A stretch of DNA of 64,000 nt from an uncultured archaeon (GCA_963799775.1 CAWCYD010000003.1:1184001-1248000), one strand, 5' to 3'; counted from the first letter of the stretch, positions 32,379 through 42,700 are shown. The notes: a model not told the origin generated them from the sequence alone. Made by a program: numbers and translations.

Positions 32379-32708
32379 TTGTCGTTCGTAAGCAAGATCA
32401 CTGACGCAATAGTCCACGAGATAAAGGCCATTCTCAGAGAGTATGTGCATGAGACGGAAGCCGCTCTTAAGAAACGCCTCCGAAAGCTTCTGATGATAGG
32501 CACAGTCATCAGTATTCTATTGGCCCTGGTGATCACACTGCTCGGATCTGCCGCCGTATTCATTCTCATCGGGTCTGTCAGGTATCTCGAAAGATCCATG
32601 CCGGCGTGGGAGGCTTGGGACATCGTCGGCATCATCTCAGCCGTCATTGCTGGACTGCTGCTTTCGGTGCTTTTCACATTCATGAGAAAGCAATTGAAGT
32701 CCGACTAG
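32379..32708 (+). CDS. YqjE/holin-like two-TM membrane protein
   Basis: Charged N-terminal helix then two TM helices; sits between DUF883 genes as in bacterial yqjDE. Confidence 0.65.
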   Translation: MSFVSKITDAIVHEIKAILREYVHETEAALKKRLRKLLMIGTVISILLALVITLLGSAAVFILIGSVRYLERSMPAWEAWDIVGIISAVIAGLLLSVLFTFMRKQLKSD

Positions 32709-32766
32709 ATTCCCACATTGTGCTGGCGCCCAGTCAGCACGCGGCGCGAACCTTTCTCCTCTGGCA

Positions 32767-32801
32767 TTACATTTCCTTGCAGAAAATACGTCCCCTTAAA
32801 A
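32767..32801 (+). promoter_or_regulatory. 23-bp operator motif plus TATA box (near-duplicate of 31957)
   Basis: TTACATTTCCTTGCAGAAAATAC-gtcccc-TTAAAA. Confidence 0.75.
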
Positions 32802-32834
32802 TCAGGCACTTCACCATTGAAGTTGTTGGTAGTA

Positions 32835-33152
32835 ATGGCCGGCAAAGAGAAAGTCACGAGAGACGGAGCAGAAAGATCCCTGAGAGAAGCCCGAAGGGAT
32901 TTTGACAAGCGGATCGATCAGATAAGTGCCGAGCTCAAAGAGAAAGGACCCGAGACGGTCGAGAGGGTTGAGAACGCCTTGAAGGAGCTGAAGCTGGACC
33001 TGCAAAGCGACTTCGAAGAGATTCACGCGATGGTCGACGACGAGCTTGAGACCGGCAGGAAAGAGGTTCGTGAGCACCCGCTGCTTGCAGTCGGGATCGC
33101 GGTCACCGCAGGACTCGTGATTGGGATGCTCCTCGGAAGGCGCAGGGACTAG
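32835..33152 (+). CDS. DUF883/ElaB/YqjD-like tail-anchored protein 2
   Basis: VREHPLLAVGIAVTAGLVIGMLLGRRRD. Confidence 0.88.
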   Translation: MAGKEKVTRDGAERSLREARRDFDKRIDQISAELKEKGPETVERVENALKELKLDLQSDFEEIHAMVDDELETGRKEVREHPLLAVGIAVTAGLVIGMLLGRRRD

Positions 33153-33445
33153 CTGTCGAAGCTACAAAGAATGCTTCAGCGACTCAAGAAGACTCTCGAT
33201 GGACCCTAGCACGATTATGAGGCACGCGTTGACAGAGTCCTGCGCCGAGCCCTAGACGCCCAGACACAACTCCGTCATCTCCTGAAATCCTTAGGCTTGG
33301 GCGCGCCGACTGAAAGCATCGTATGAGCGCGAGCTACATGGTCTGAGTTGGACTAGGATGAGTCGACGGCGCCATCTACGATGCGGTTAGAGGCGCCGCT
33401 CAAGCATCTTCCCAAATGTCAAAAACACCGGTCTGGGTTGGGTAG

Positions 33446-34561
33446 ATGATGGAGACCGAGAAACCGGTGGCGGACTACAGGCTGCCCAGGTCGGTCCTGA
33501 GGTGGGTCGCCGTCGGCGTGACGCTAAGTTCGGCCATTGTTATCGCTATCACCATATTCTCGGGCGTCTCCTGGTCTGACCTTGAGCGGCTCGGCTACCT
33601 CCCGTTCGGCTTGGCGGCCGCGGCGTCCGTAGCGAGGCTCCTCGTCCAGACTTTGAGGTTCAGAGTCATAGCGGCGGGCCTGGCTGACGACCCGAAACCC
33701 GAACTGAGCGGAGCGGCGATCGCCAGGATGAGCAGCGAGTTCATAGCGATGTCGACGCCCTCGGAGGTCGGCGGCCCCGTCCTGCGTGCCGCGTGGCTCT
33801 CTGGAAAGGGAGTGGAAGGCGGCAAGTCTCTCTGGATCGGCTATTTTGAGGTGCTCATAGAGATATACGTCGGCTCCGGTCTTGCGCTCATCGCGGCGGC
33901 ATACGCGCTGTCGAGGGGGGCGGTGGTCATCGGATCATCAATCGCTGTGGTCGCGACGGTCCTGATTGTCGGGTACACCCTCGTCTTCATAGTTCCCGCC
34001 ATCAGGTCTCTCAAGGCCCCACACCGCGTGTTCAGCATCGCGTCTCTCCTGCTGGGTGCCCCGAGGGCGAGGGCCCTGTATCTCCGCGCCGTCGTAGGCT
34101 CCCTGAACTTTTCAGTGGCGGCGAGGACGATAATGAACAGACGAACCCTCCCCGTGGTGGTCAAGGCCGTCGGGCTGACCATCCTTGAGGACGTCCTAGA
34201 GGGGACTGCTCTATGGCTGGTGCTAAATGCCGCAGGCTTGAAGATCGACATATTCTCAGCCACCGTCGCGGCGTTCGGCGTGCTGACGATCGCCGCCCTC
34301 CCGGTCTCCATAGGGGGCTCTGGAGTCACGGAGCTCAGCATGCAGCTCTACCTCTCCTCGGTCTACGGATTCTCCTCCTGGGCGGCAATCGTCCTCTGGA
34401 GGATCGCTACTTTCCAGGTCGTGTTGGCGGTTTCTGGGGTCGCGTTTCTTCTTTTCACGCGAAAGGCAACAGGATCCGACAAAGCACGTCCCGTCGGAGT
34501 CGAAGGGCCTGTCAAGGGAGCTTCCACAGGTCATGCCCCCACCACGGAGAGCGGCAAGTGA
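33446..34561 (+). CDS. Lysylphosphatidylglycerol-synthase TM / flippase-like (UPF0104) protein 1
   Basis: Multi-TM; TPSEVGGP, LPVSIGGSGVTE, LWRIATF. Confidence 0.82.
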   Translation: MMETEKPVADYRLPRSVLRWVAVGVTLSSAIVIAITIFSGVSWSDLERLGYLPFGLAAAASVARLLVQTLRFRVIAAGLADDPKPELSGAAIARMSSEFIAMSTPSEVGGPVLRAAWLSGKGVEGGKSLWIGYFEVLIEIYVGSGLALIAAAYALSRGAVVIGSSIAVVATVLIVGYTLVFIVPAIRSLKAPHRVFSIASLLLGAPRARALYLRAVVGSLNFSVAARTIMNRRTLPVVVKAVGLTILEDVLEGTALWLVLNAAGLKIDIFSATVAAFGVLTIAALPVSIGGSGVTELSMQLYLSSVYGFSSWAAIVLWRIATFQVVLAVSGVAFLLFTRKATGSDKARPVGVEGPVKGASTGHAPTTESGK

Positions 34562-34627
34562 GACCCACGGCTTGAATATCGACGCGCTAGATTCGTTTAA
34601 GTTCGGGGGTATTTCACCAACCGTAAA

Positions 34628-34933
34628 ATGGATGAAGATTTTGCCACCTCGTTCAACTTCGCGGTACACGGTGGCTTGGACAAGGTCCTGGGTCAGAGCG
34701 GGACGGCGGCGGTCCTGTTCCACATGAAGATGGCCCATGGCCTTCCCGAACCGGGCGAGTTCCACAAGAAGCTGGTCGCGCTTTTCGGCGCGCAAGGAAC
34801 GCTGTCGCTGGAAAGGGCGATTGTGAAGGACCTTGCGACGAGGCTCAAGTGGTCGCTAGATCTTTTGGATATAGAGGGCGCTTTCGACTTCGATGCGACC
34901 ATGCGCGCGGTCGAGAAGGGAGCGAAACGTTGA
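34628..34933 (+). CDS. Small helical protein, putative partner of KaiC-like ATPase
   Basis: LDKVLGQSG...EFHKKLVALFGAQG..LERAIVK; stop overlaps next start. Confidence 0.65.
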   Translation: MDEDFATSFNFAVHGGLDKVLGQSGTAAVLFHMKMAHGLPEPGEFHKKLVALFGAQGTLSLERAIVKDLATRLKWSLDLLDIEGAFDFDATMRAVEKGAKR

Positions 34934-36351
34934 CGCCCAAGAAAGGCCTCGCGGCGAATTCTTCCGTCCAGGCGGACGTAGGTGGTTCTCGGCTGTCCGA
35001 GCTGGCAGAGACAAGAATCGCCACAGTCCTCGGCCTGAAGCAATTCATGAAGGGCCCCATCAACACCTTGCTCATCAAGGGGGTCGCGGGCACGGGGAAG
35101 ACGACCGTCGCGCTAGAGATTCTCAAGGCCGCAGGCCCGGGGAAGGGCGCGTTCATCTCTTCGAGGGTTCCGAAAGGGCTCCTCGAGACGCACCTACCTG
35201 CCATGAAGGAGACCATAGACAATCAAGAGTTTCTGGACATCAGGCTCGAGGACGCAACGTCGGTGCTGGACTTTGTCATGCAGCTGACGGAGCCCAAGAA
35301 GATCACGACGATCGTCTTTGATAGTTGGGATGCTCTCGCGAAGGAATTGGAGCAGAAGGAGAGGCTCCGCGCGGAGAAGACTCTGATGGCGCTCGCGAAC
35401 AACTCCGGGGCTCAGTTCATCTTTGTCAGCGAGGAGCCCGGTGCCACCACCATAGACTACCTCGTCGACGGGATCGTCGAGGTGGTGAGCGCCGACGAGC
35501 AAGACCGCACGGTGCGAGAGTTCATCATTCACAAGCTGCGCGGGACGATAATACCCCAGCACAAGTATATCTTCACGCTCCTGGAGGGAAAATTCACTTT
35601 CTTCGGGCCATACATCCTCCCGGACTACTCGAAGATGAGAAAGTTCGCTCAGAGGCGGGACATGGGTCAAACCTATTCTCTTGGGAGCAGGGCCCTTGAT
35701 GGGCTGTTCGGGGGCATGATCCCTGGGAGCACCCTGGCCATCGAATACGATGAGAATGTCCCTTACACCGCTCTAAGGGCAATCGGGTATCCCCCCATCA
35801 TCAACTTTCTATTGATGGGAAGGAGCGCGATACTTCTCCCGCTGCCAGGCGCAAACGACGAGGAGACCAGCGCGATTTTGGCCAAGGGCGCTGGCGAACG
35901 TGCGGTGAGAGACCGGCTCAGCACTCTCAACATACTGAGGACAAGCGACATCAAGACCACAAACCTGCCGAAGATAGCCACGCCCAGGGAGATCCACGAA
36001 GAGGTCACCAATGAGACGACCAGGCTGCGGAAGAAGTCTGTTGACAAGACGGTGTTGCTGGTGAAGTCCGTCAGCGCCCTCGAGAACCTTTTCGCCTCGG
36101 ACCTGGATTCGCTGCTCGAAGTGACGTCCCAAGAGATAATCACGCTCCAGCAGTCGCGTGACGCGCACATCCTCTTCTTGGCAAAGGACTCGCCCATCAG
36201 GTCGCGCATCCTCTCGATAAGCTCCAGTTACGCAAAGCTCTTCGTCAGAGACGGCACCGTTCTGATGTTCGGCGTGAAGCCTCACACCGGGATCTATGCG
36301 CTGCAGCACCTCGAGGACCCCACTTCTCCGTCATTGACTCAGCTCGTATGA
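34930..36351 (+). CDS. GvpD/KaiC-like RecA-superfamily ATPase (active plus degenerate domain)
   Basis: GVAGTGKT, FDSWD, DYLVDGIV, KLRG; second domain LDGLFGGM lacks Walker A. Confidence 0.82.
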   Translation: MTPKKGLAANSSVQADVGGSRLSELAETRIATVLGLKQFMKGPINTLLIKGVAGTGKTTVALEILKAAGPGKGAFISSRVPKGLLETHLPAMKETIDNQEFLDIRLEDATSVLDFVMQLTEPKKITTIVFDSWDALAKELEQKERLRAEKTLMALANNSGAQFIFVSEEPGATTIDYLVDGIVEVVSADEQDRTVREFIIHKLRGTIIPQHKYIFTLLEGKFTFFGPYILPDYSKMRKFAQRRDMGQTYSLGSRALDGLFGGMIPGSTLAIEYDENVPYTALRAIGYPPIINFLLMGRSAILLPLPGANDEETSAILAKGAGERAVRDRLSTLNILRTSDIKTTNLPKIATPREIHEEVTNETTRLRKKSVDKTVLLVKSVSALENLFASDLDSLLEVTSQEIITLQQSRDAHILFLAKDSPIRSRILSISSSYAKLFVRDGTVLMFGVKPHTGIYALQHLEDPTSPSLTQLV

Positions 36352-36425
36352 TTCGATTCCATATCTGCGCTCAGGCCTCGCCGAACTGAGCCAAGTGGGC
36401 TTGGCTTGGCCTGATTCTTCCGACC

Positions 36426-36460
36426 TTGCATTTCCGCGCAGAAAATACACTGTCCTTAAA
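36426..36460 (+). promoter_or_regulatory. 23-bp operator motif plus TATA box
   Basis: TTGCATTTCCGCGCAGAAAATAC-actgtc-CTTAAA, 30 bp before 36490. Confidence 0.72.
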
Positions 36461-36489
36461 TTAATTCTTGCCCGCTGGTCTGCAATCTC

Positions 36490-38064
36490 TTGGGAGAAAC
36501 GAAACCATCGAGCGAGTATCAGCTCCCGAAGTCGGTGATGAAATGGATCGCCTTTGGGCTGCTCCTCACCTCCGGCGTTGTAATCGCGATCTCGATACTC
36601 TCGGGAGTGAAGTTCTCGGACCTGACGAAGCTCGGCTACCTCACGTTCGCCCTCGCCGCTGGGGTTTGCGCATCCAAGCTGCTGGTCCAGGTCATTAGGT
36701 TTCGGGTGGTGACGCTCGGTCTCGCGGGGAATCCCAAGCCCGACATCAGTGGGCTGGCGCTCACAAGGGTCGCGAGCGAGTTCGTCTCGCTCTCTACGCC
36801 GGCGACTAGCATGGGCCTTTTCATACTCACCTCCTGGCTTACAGGGAAGGGAATAGACGGCGGAAAGGCTCTCGCGATCTGCTACTTCCAGGTGCTGATC
36901 GAGATCTACGTCGGCGCCGGTCTCGCTCTCATCGCCGCTGTGTACGCCATCACGAGGGGGTCGGTTGCCCTCGGGTCGTCGATATTCCTCGTCGCGATGG
37001 TCTTGATAGTCGGGTACACGGTCATCTTCATAATCCCGGCTGTGAAAGGCATCCACGTCCCCCATTTTGTCTTCACATTTTCACGATACCTCGTAGGGGG
37101 GCCTAGAGCGAACGACCTCTATCTGCGTGCAGTCGTCAGCTCCCTGAATTTCTCACTCTCGGCCCGCGAGATTGCGAGGAGGCAGAACCTCCCAGTCGTC
37201 GTCAAGGCTGTCATCCTTACGATCGTCGAGGACTTCTTGGTAGGCGCCGCCCTGTGGATCATCTTGAACGCGTCTAGCCTGAAGATCGACCTGGTCTCGT
37301 CGACGCTGGCGGCCTACGGCGTGGTCGCCATCGCCCAGATCCCGGTGTCGATTGGCGGCGCGGGGATCACCGAACTGACGATGAAGTCCTACCTCACCGC
37401 GGTCTACGGATTCTCCTCCTGGGCCCCGATCGTCCTGTGGCGGATCGCCACCTACCAGGCACTTCTGGGGATAACCGGCATCTTCTTCATATTCTTCCTC
37501 CGCAAAGCTACTCGAGGCTCAGGCAAGACCCCCCCGACGGATTCGGTCGAGAGCGCGAGCAAGGCACCTGGCCTGAGCGCGGTCGGAGTCGAGAAGGAGG
37601 TCGTGAAGCTGGAGACGCGATACGGCGTCGTGAAGACGCTAAGGTTCGCGATTGCCGGCGTGGCGGGCTTTGTGGTCACAGAGGCCGTCCTGACCGTCGG
37701 ACTCCTCGTCTTCTTCGGGAAGCTGAGCATCCCGCATGAGAGCTTCTCCTCTCCGGCGCTCCTAGCGTTGGATGTTCTCTCGCTCCTGATCGGCGTCTCA
37801 GCTTCCTTCCTCATCAACGAAAGGATCACGATCCACGTGCCGAAAGGTGAGAAGGGCGGAGGGGCGAGCAGGTTCAGGAGACTTGTGAAGTTTCAGGCAG
37901 TGAGCGGGATCGGGAACACGGGCATCGTGGTGGTCCAGCTTATCCTCCTGGCGACTCTCGAAATCTCTCCGCTCTTAGGCTCGATTGTAGGGGCAGTAGT
38001 CACCTATCCGCTCGTGTACTACATCTCGATCAGGTATGTCTGGCACGCACACCGGACCAAGTGA
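36490..38064 (+). CDS. Flippase-like (UPF0104) protein 2 fused to GtrA-like domain
   Basis: Paralog of 33446; C-terminal LRFAIAGVAG...SFLINERIT...KFQAVS...RYVW. Confidence 0.8.
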   Translation: MGETKPSSEYQLPKSVMKWIAFGLLLTSGVVIAISILSGVKFSDLTKLGYLTFALAAGVCASKLLVQVIRFRVVTLGLAGNPKPDISGLALTRVASEFVSLSTPATSMGLFILTSWLTGKGIDGGKALAICYFQVLIEIYVGAGLALIAAVYAITRGSVALGSSIFLVAMVLIVGYTVIFIIPAVKGIHVPHFVFTFSRYLVGGPRANDLYLRAVVSSLNFSLSAREIARRQNLPVVVKAVILTIVEDFLVGAALWIILNASSLKIDLVSSTLAAYGVVAIAQIPVSIGGAGITELTMKSYLTAVYGFSSWAPIVLWRIATYQALLGITGIFFIFFLRKATRGSGKTPPTDSVESASKAPGLSAVGVEKEVVKLETRYGVVKTLRFAIAGVAGFVVTEAVLTVGLLVFFGKLSIPHESFSSPALLALDVLSLLIGVSASFLINERITIHVPKGEKGGGASRFRRLVKFQAVSGIGNTGIVVVQLILLATLEISPLLGSIVGAVVTYPLVYYISIRYVWHAHRTK

Positions 38065-38193
38065 AATATCTCCCTGGAGCCCGACAGGATTCTAGCCCGG
38101 CCATCCGATTCCAGCAGTCTGGGGTTTCGGAGCGGCTCGCGGGAACTCCCGGGCTTCGGACCAAGCCAACGGGATGGCGAGTATGTCTCGGCG

Positions 38194-38382
38194 TCACACG
38201 AACTCGTGGGCGCGGTTGAAAGTCTTGCAGGCGCTGCCTTCTCCACCCACGCGCGTGTTGCAGTGTTTGCACGCCATCTTCTGGTTACCGGTGACAAATT
38301 GGTGTGAGCCTCCGAGGAGCTGACTCGGGCAGTGTCCTCCCCCAGAACCCTTTGAGGCCCCGCAGTTCTTGCAGAATTCCAT
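38194..38382 (-). CDS. Small tandem CxxC-C-H zinc-finger protein
   Basis: CKNC...C...HQFV / CKHC...C...HEFV; TATA-like CTTATA upstream. Confidence 0.7.
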   Translation of the reverse strand: MEFCKNCGASKGSGGGHCPSQLLGGSHQFVTGNQKMACKHCNTRVGGEGSACKTFNRAHEFV

Positions 38383-38587
38383 ACCAGAAGTAAGGTGTTG
38401 CATCAGATATAAGTCTACAACAACAGCAAGCGTCTCAGCCTATCCCAAAGGTGTCACTAGGAGTTTCTTGTCGCCTTGCCTGTCTATGCACTGGCCCTTC
38501 CTTCGGCTTGCTCAATCTTACCCTTGAGCTGTTCCAGGTTCGAGCCGTCTACGGACCTACGTACTGCAGGGCTTCATTGGCCAGGAG

Positions 38588-38885
38588 TTACTGTCGCTTC
38601 TTTGACCGCTTCCGCGAGGGTTGCGTTTCTTCGGACTTTTTCCCGCGCGCCGCATCATATATTGCGCTCGCGAACCCTCTCGTATCTCTTGCCAGAGTGT
38701 TTCCTGCATCCTTCACTCCCTGGGGCCCCGATGACCCTCTTCGCACCCCGCCCCGCACTATTCATGGTCTCTTTCGCTTTCGCGCCTAGCTGATGCGCCT
38801 CTTTGGACTCCACGATTTGTCTCACGTCTCGTTTGGCGCTCCCATACACGCCACCTGCCTTCCTCTTTGTTTTCTTTCGCTCCAT
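38588..38885 (-). CDS. LEA-like amphipathic helical protein (frameshift near 38725)
   Basis: GAKAKETMNSAGRGAKR / GVKDAGNTLARDTRGFASAIYDAARGKK. Confidence 0.5.
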
Positions 38886-39254
38886 CGAAAACACGCCTGC
38901 TGCCTCGTTCTATAAGGCTTGGCCTGGAGCCGCTGTGGCTTCTGTCAGAGACTCGGCCTGGAGAGAGGCTCGATCACTGCCGCGTCGGTCTACTTCTGCA
39001 GGGCCGACGGCCGGCTCACGCCAGCTATTGAACTCGCGCCACATTTCCCGAGCATCTTCCTGAAGCAAGCCGCCTCAGCGAAAGTGACCAGAAGGCTGCC
39101 ATGAACCCCCAGGAAGACGTATCCTGCGAACTGGTGTACAACATCCTGGGCGCCTAGGCCGAACATCCGAATAATTGGTTGAATCCCTTCCAGCTCAGTA
39201 GGCTATACTCTGGGTGGGAGGTTCATATTTGGAACTGTCCGTAGGGATGGCACT

Positions 39255-41808
39255 GTGGACAAGGAAGCAATCGCCGCGCTACCGGTGCAACAGGCGCTCG
39301 AGCAGCTCCACACCTCGGTCGAGGGCTTGAGTCAGAGTGAAGCGGAGAGCCATCGCGCGACCTCGGGCCTCAACGTCCTCACGAAGACCCGGCATACGGC
39401 TCTGGACGTCCTCGGAAGGCAACTGAAGAGCTCGCTGATCTACTTGTTGGCCGTTGCCAGCATCGTCAGCTTTGCCATTGGCGATCTCTCCGATGGCATC
39501 ATCATCGCCGTCATCCTGGTGATCAACGCGCTGCTCGGCTTTGCGCAGGAATACCGATCCGAGCGGGCCGTCGAGAAGCTCTCCACCCTCATCAGCAAAC
39601 GAGTGTCCGCCAGGCGAGATGGCAGGACAGTGCAGCTGGACCAGGCTCAGCTCGTGCCGGGCGACATCATCTTCGTGGAAGAAGGGGATGTCGTCTCTGC
39701 GGATTGCAAATTGCTCACGGCGGAGGGTCTGCAGGTCAACGAAGCGCAACTGACGGGGGAATCAGTGCCCGTCACCAAAGCGGTCCAGATCCGGAGCACC
39801 CCAGATTACATCCAGCGGCGACGCGTCTCTGCTCTTCACCGGCAGCGTGATCGAAAAGGGGAAGGCCACCGCCGTCGTCTACGCCATCGGCGATGGGACA
39901 GAGCTTGGGAAGATCGCCTCCCTCTCGACGCGCACGCGCAAGGTGACCCAATACCAAAAATCGCTGCAATCCTTCAGCTCCCTGCTGATTCGGGTCGTGC
40001 TCGTGACCCTCGCGTTCACGTTTCTGGCCAAGCTGCTGCTCACGCGCGATCTCACCCATCTGCCGGCGTTCCTGCTGTTCGTCGTCGCCCTGGCCATCGT
40101 CGCCGTGCCGGAAGCGCTGCCGGTGATTGCCACGACGACCCTCTCCACCGGGGCGATGCACCTGGCCAAGAAGCAGGTGGTCGTCAAACGGCTCTCCTCG
40201 CTGGAAGACCTCGGCAACGTCACGCTGCTTTGCACCGATAAGACGGGAACGCTGACCGAGGGGAAGATGAGCATCCAGAAGATCGTGGCGGACGACCCTC
40301 TGCGCTTGCAACGATTCGCCGCTGCCACCGTGAAGTCCCTGAGCGGAGCGGGCGTAGCGCGTCAGGACTCTTTCGATCTGGCCTTTCTCGCCTACATCCC
40401 GCCCGATATACAGGAGCAGGCCAAGGCGTACCTGCAGGTCCAGGCCCTTCCCTTCGATCCAGAGACGCGCAGGAGCTGCATGGTCATCGAAGATGCCAGC
40501 TCGCACGCCCGCTATCTGGTGGTGCTCGGCGCGGTCGAAGCGCTGCTGGCGGTCAGCGATTGCGAGGGGCCGCAGAAGGAGCGATATCTGGCGGAGGTGA
40601 CCAGCGACGGCGCGCAAGGGCTGCGCGACCTCGCCCTGGCCTATCGCGAGCTGCCTGTCTCTGGGCCCATCGACATCCCGGAGTACGACCAGCACCTGAC
40701 TTTTTTGGGATTCGTGACGCTCGCCGACCCGCTGCGGCCAACCGCGAAAGAGACCATCGAGCGGGCGAAAGCCCTGGGGGTGGCTGTCAAGATATTGACC
40801 GGAGACAGCAAGGAGGTCGCGGCGTACATCGGGAGGCAGATTGGACTGGGAGGCGAGGTGCACACCGGGGATGAGCTGGAGAAGATGCCTCCCGAAGAGC
40901 TGCAGCGCGTTGCGGACAGCTGCGACGTCTTCGCGCGCGTCTCCCCCGCCCAGAAGTTCGCGATCATCGAGGCCCTCAAGCGCGGCCACGTCGTCGGCTA
41001 CCAGGGCGACGGGATCAACGACGCGCCGGCGCTCAAGATGGCGGACGTCGCTCTCGCGGTGGACAGCGCGACGGACGTGGCGAAGGAGAGTGCCGACATC
41101 GTCCTACTGGACCAAGACATGGGCGTGATCATCAACGGCATTGAAGAGGGGCGAACCATCTTCCTCAACATCGACAAGTACCTGAAGTACACCATGGTGG
41201 GGAACTTCGGCAACCTGTTTGCGCTCGTAATCCTCTACCTTCTCTCGCTCAACCTGCCGTTGCTCCCCGTGCAGTTGCTGTTGACCAGCCTCATCACCGA
41301 TGTCCCGCTTATCACCATCGCTTCCGACCGCGTAGACACCAAGGAGGCCATGAGGCCGGAGAAGTACAACACGCGGTCGCTGATGTCGATCTCGCTGGTG
41401 CTCGGCTCGTGCACCGCGCTTTTTGAGCTGCTGTACTTTGAGCTCGTCAGCTCCCGGTCGCTGCCTTTCGTGCAGACCGGCATGTTTCTTTTTCTCACCT
41501 TGCTTCAGTTCATCGTCATCGTTTCAATACGGAACCATTCTTACTTTTGGAGAGGCGTGAGGCCATCGTTTCTCTTAGCCGCAGCCGTCTTGCTGGCGTT
41601 CTTCGGCTCGTTTGCCCTCCCCTATATCCCCTTCACGGCTCGCCTGTTCTCGTTCACGCCTCTGGCTCTGAGAGACCTTGCGGTCATCGTAGGGCTGGCG
41701 CTGGTGTACCTTGTTGCCCTAGACGCGATCAAAGTCAGGTACTACAGGCGAGCGGACAAAGAAGGTTCGCCCTCGCTCGACGGGCAGAAATCTTCCCAGA
41801 AGAGATGA
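39255..41808 (+). CDS. P-type cation-transporting ATPase (MgtA-like; frameshift near 39800)
   Basis: LTGES, PEAL, DKTGTLT, LPFDP, GDGINDAPAL. Confidence 0.9.
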
Positions 41809-42135
41809 CCGCGAGGTGCGTGTCCATCCAAGGCCAGGTGAGGCTTCGAGGGTTGCATTGGTTTATCCGATCTCCGCTAGTTCTGAGCAAGGATTATGGC
41901 TTTCTCTATCGGGAATAATCCAGCTAGGACGCCAGAGTACGGCGCAGTCCCTGATGTCACCGCAACTTGTCTCCGGACCTAGGTCCTCACTATTCTTTTT
42001 CCTGCTCGACGGTTCTTGACGAGCCCTTTCCCTCCGGGTGTCTCGACTGCGCGTGTCTTCGCCGCAGTCATCCTGCCGCCTCTGCGTTTTGTTGTGTTCC
42101 GAATCTCAAGACGTTGAGTAGAGCACCTGATCTAC

Positions 42136-42429
42136 TCAGGTGTGAGCCGAGGTCTGGGTCGCGAGCAGCGCGCTGCGTCCGAGCAGCTTCTTGTCCAGGA
42201 TGAAGATGATCACCTGGTCGCCCACTTCGACGCCAGCGTCTCCGCCGATCGGCTGGACGACGAACTTCCCGCCTCCGGTTAGCCTCGCAACCGTCGCTTC
42301 GACGACCGCGACGCCGGTCTTGGACTTGAAGACCGTCGCCCTCTCCCTGCCCCCTCCGGCCCTGGACTCGTTTCTGCCAGTGTCGGACGTCCGTTCTCTC
42401 TCGATTTCTCTTTCTGTGTCTGTTGACAT
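42136..42429 (-). CDS. Small beta-barrel-like hypothetical protein, copy 2
   Basis: Paralog of 27081-27374. Confidence 0.75.
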   Translation of the reverse strand: MSTDTEREIERERTSDTGRNESRAGGGRERATVFKSKTGVAVVEATVARLTGGGKFVVQPIGGDAGVEVGDQVIIFILDKKLLGRSALLATQTSAHT

Positions 42430-42606
42430 ATCAGGTCACTAGCGATCATATCGCAAGAGCGATTAAAACCCGGGTGACGATTCCCAGGATTGAGAATAGG
42501 GTCCGGAAGTCCTTTGAGAGATTGAATCGGACTGGGTGGTTCATCATTCGTAGATGACTCCTTTTGGACAATTACGGCCAAACAAAGTTCATAATGAGCT
42601 TATTAT

Positions 42607-42628
42607 TGGCGGGACCGGCAGGGTTTGA
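42607..42628 (-). repeat. att-like tRNA-Arg 3'-end copy (arm B-like)
   Basis: TGGCGGGACCGGCAGGGTTTGA followed by TGCAAAAA as at 47033. Confidence 0.88.
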
Positions 42629-42700
42629 TGCAAAAACGCAGCTAGAAGGTAGAATCCTGGAAGATTCCCCGCAATTGTCCTGGCGAACGAGAGGGGCGCA

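Noticed and set aside
32379-32708. Holin indicating a provirus
   Set aside because: The yqjD/yqjE-like context explains it; no capsid, terminase or viral replication genes in the island.
34930-36351. Gas vesicle cluster or circadian clock
   Set aside because: No gvpA/gvpN or kaiB genes; only a GvpD/KaiC-like ATPase.
38151-38162. GGGCTTCGGACC matching the tRNA-Arg anticodon arm
   Set aside because: Only 12 nt, opposite orientation to all att copies, GC-rich; likely chance.
39772-40989. Long antisense ORFs (405 aa here; also 3251-4204, 58673-59932)
   Set aside because: Shadow ORFs opposite well-supported genes in high-GC DNA, without motifs.
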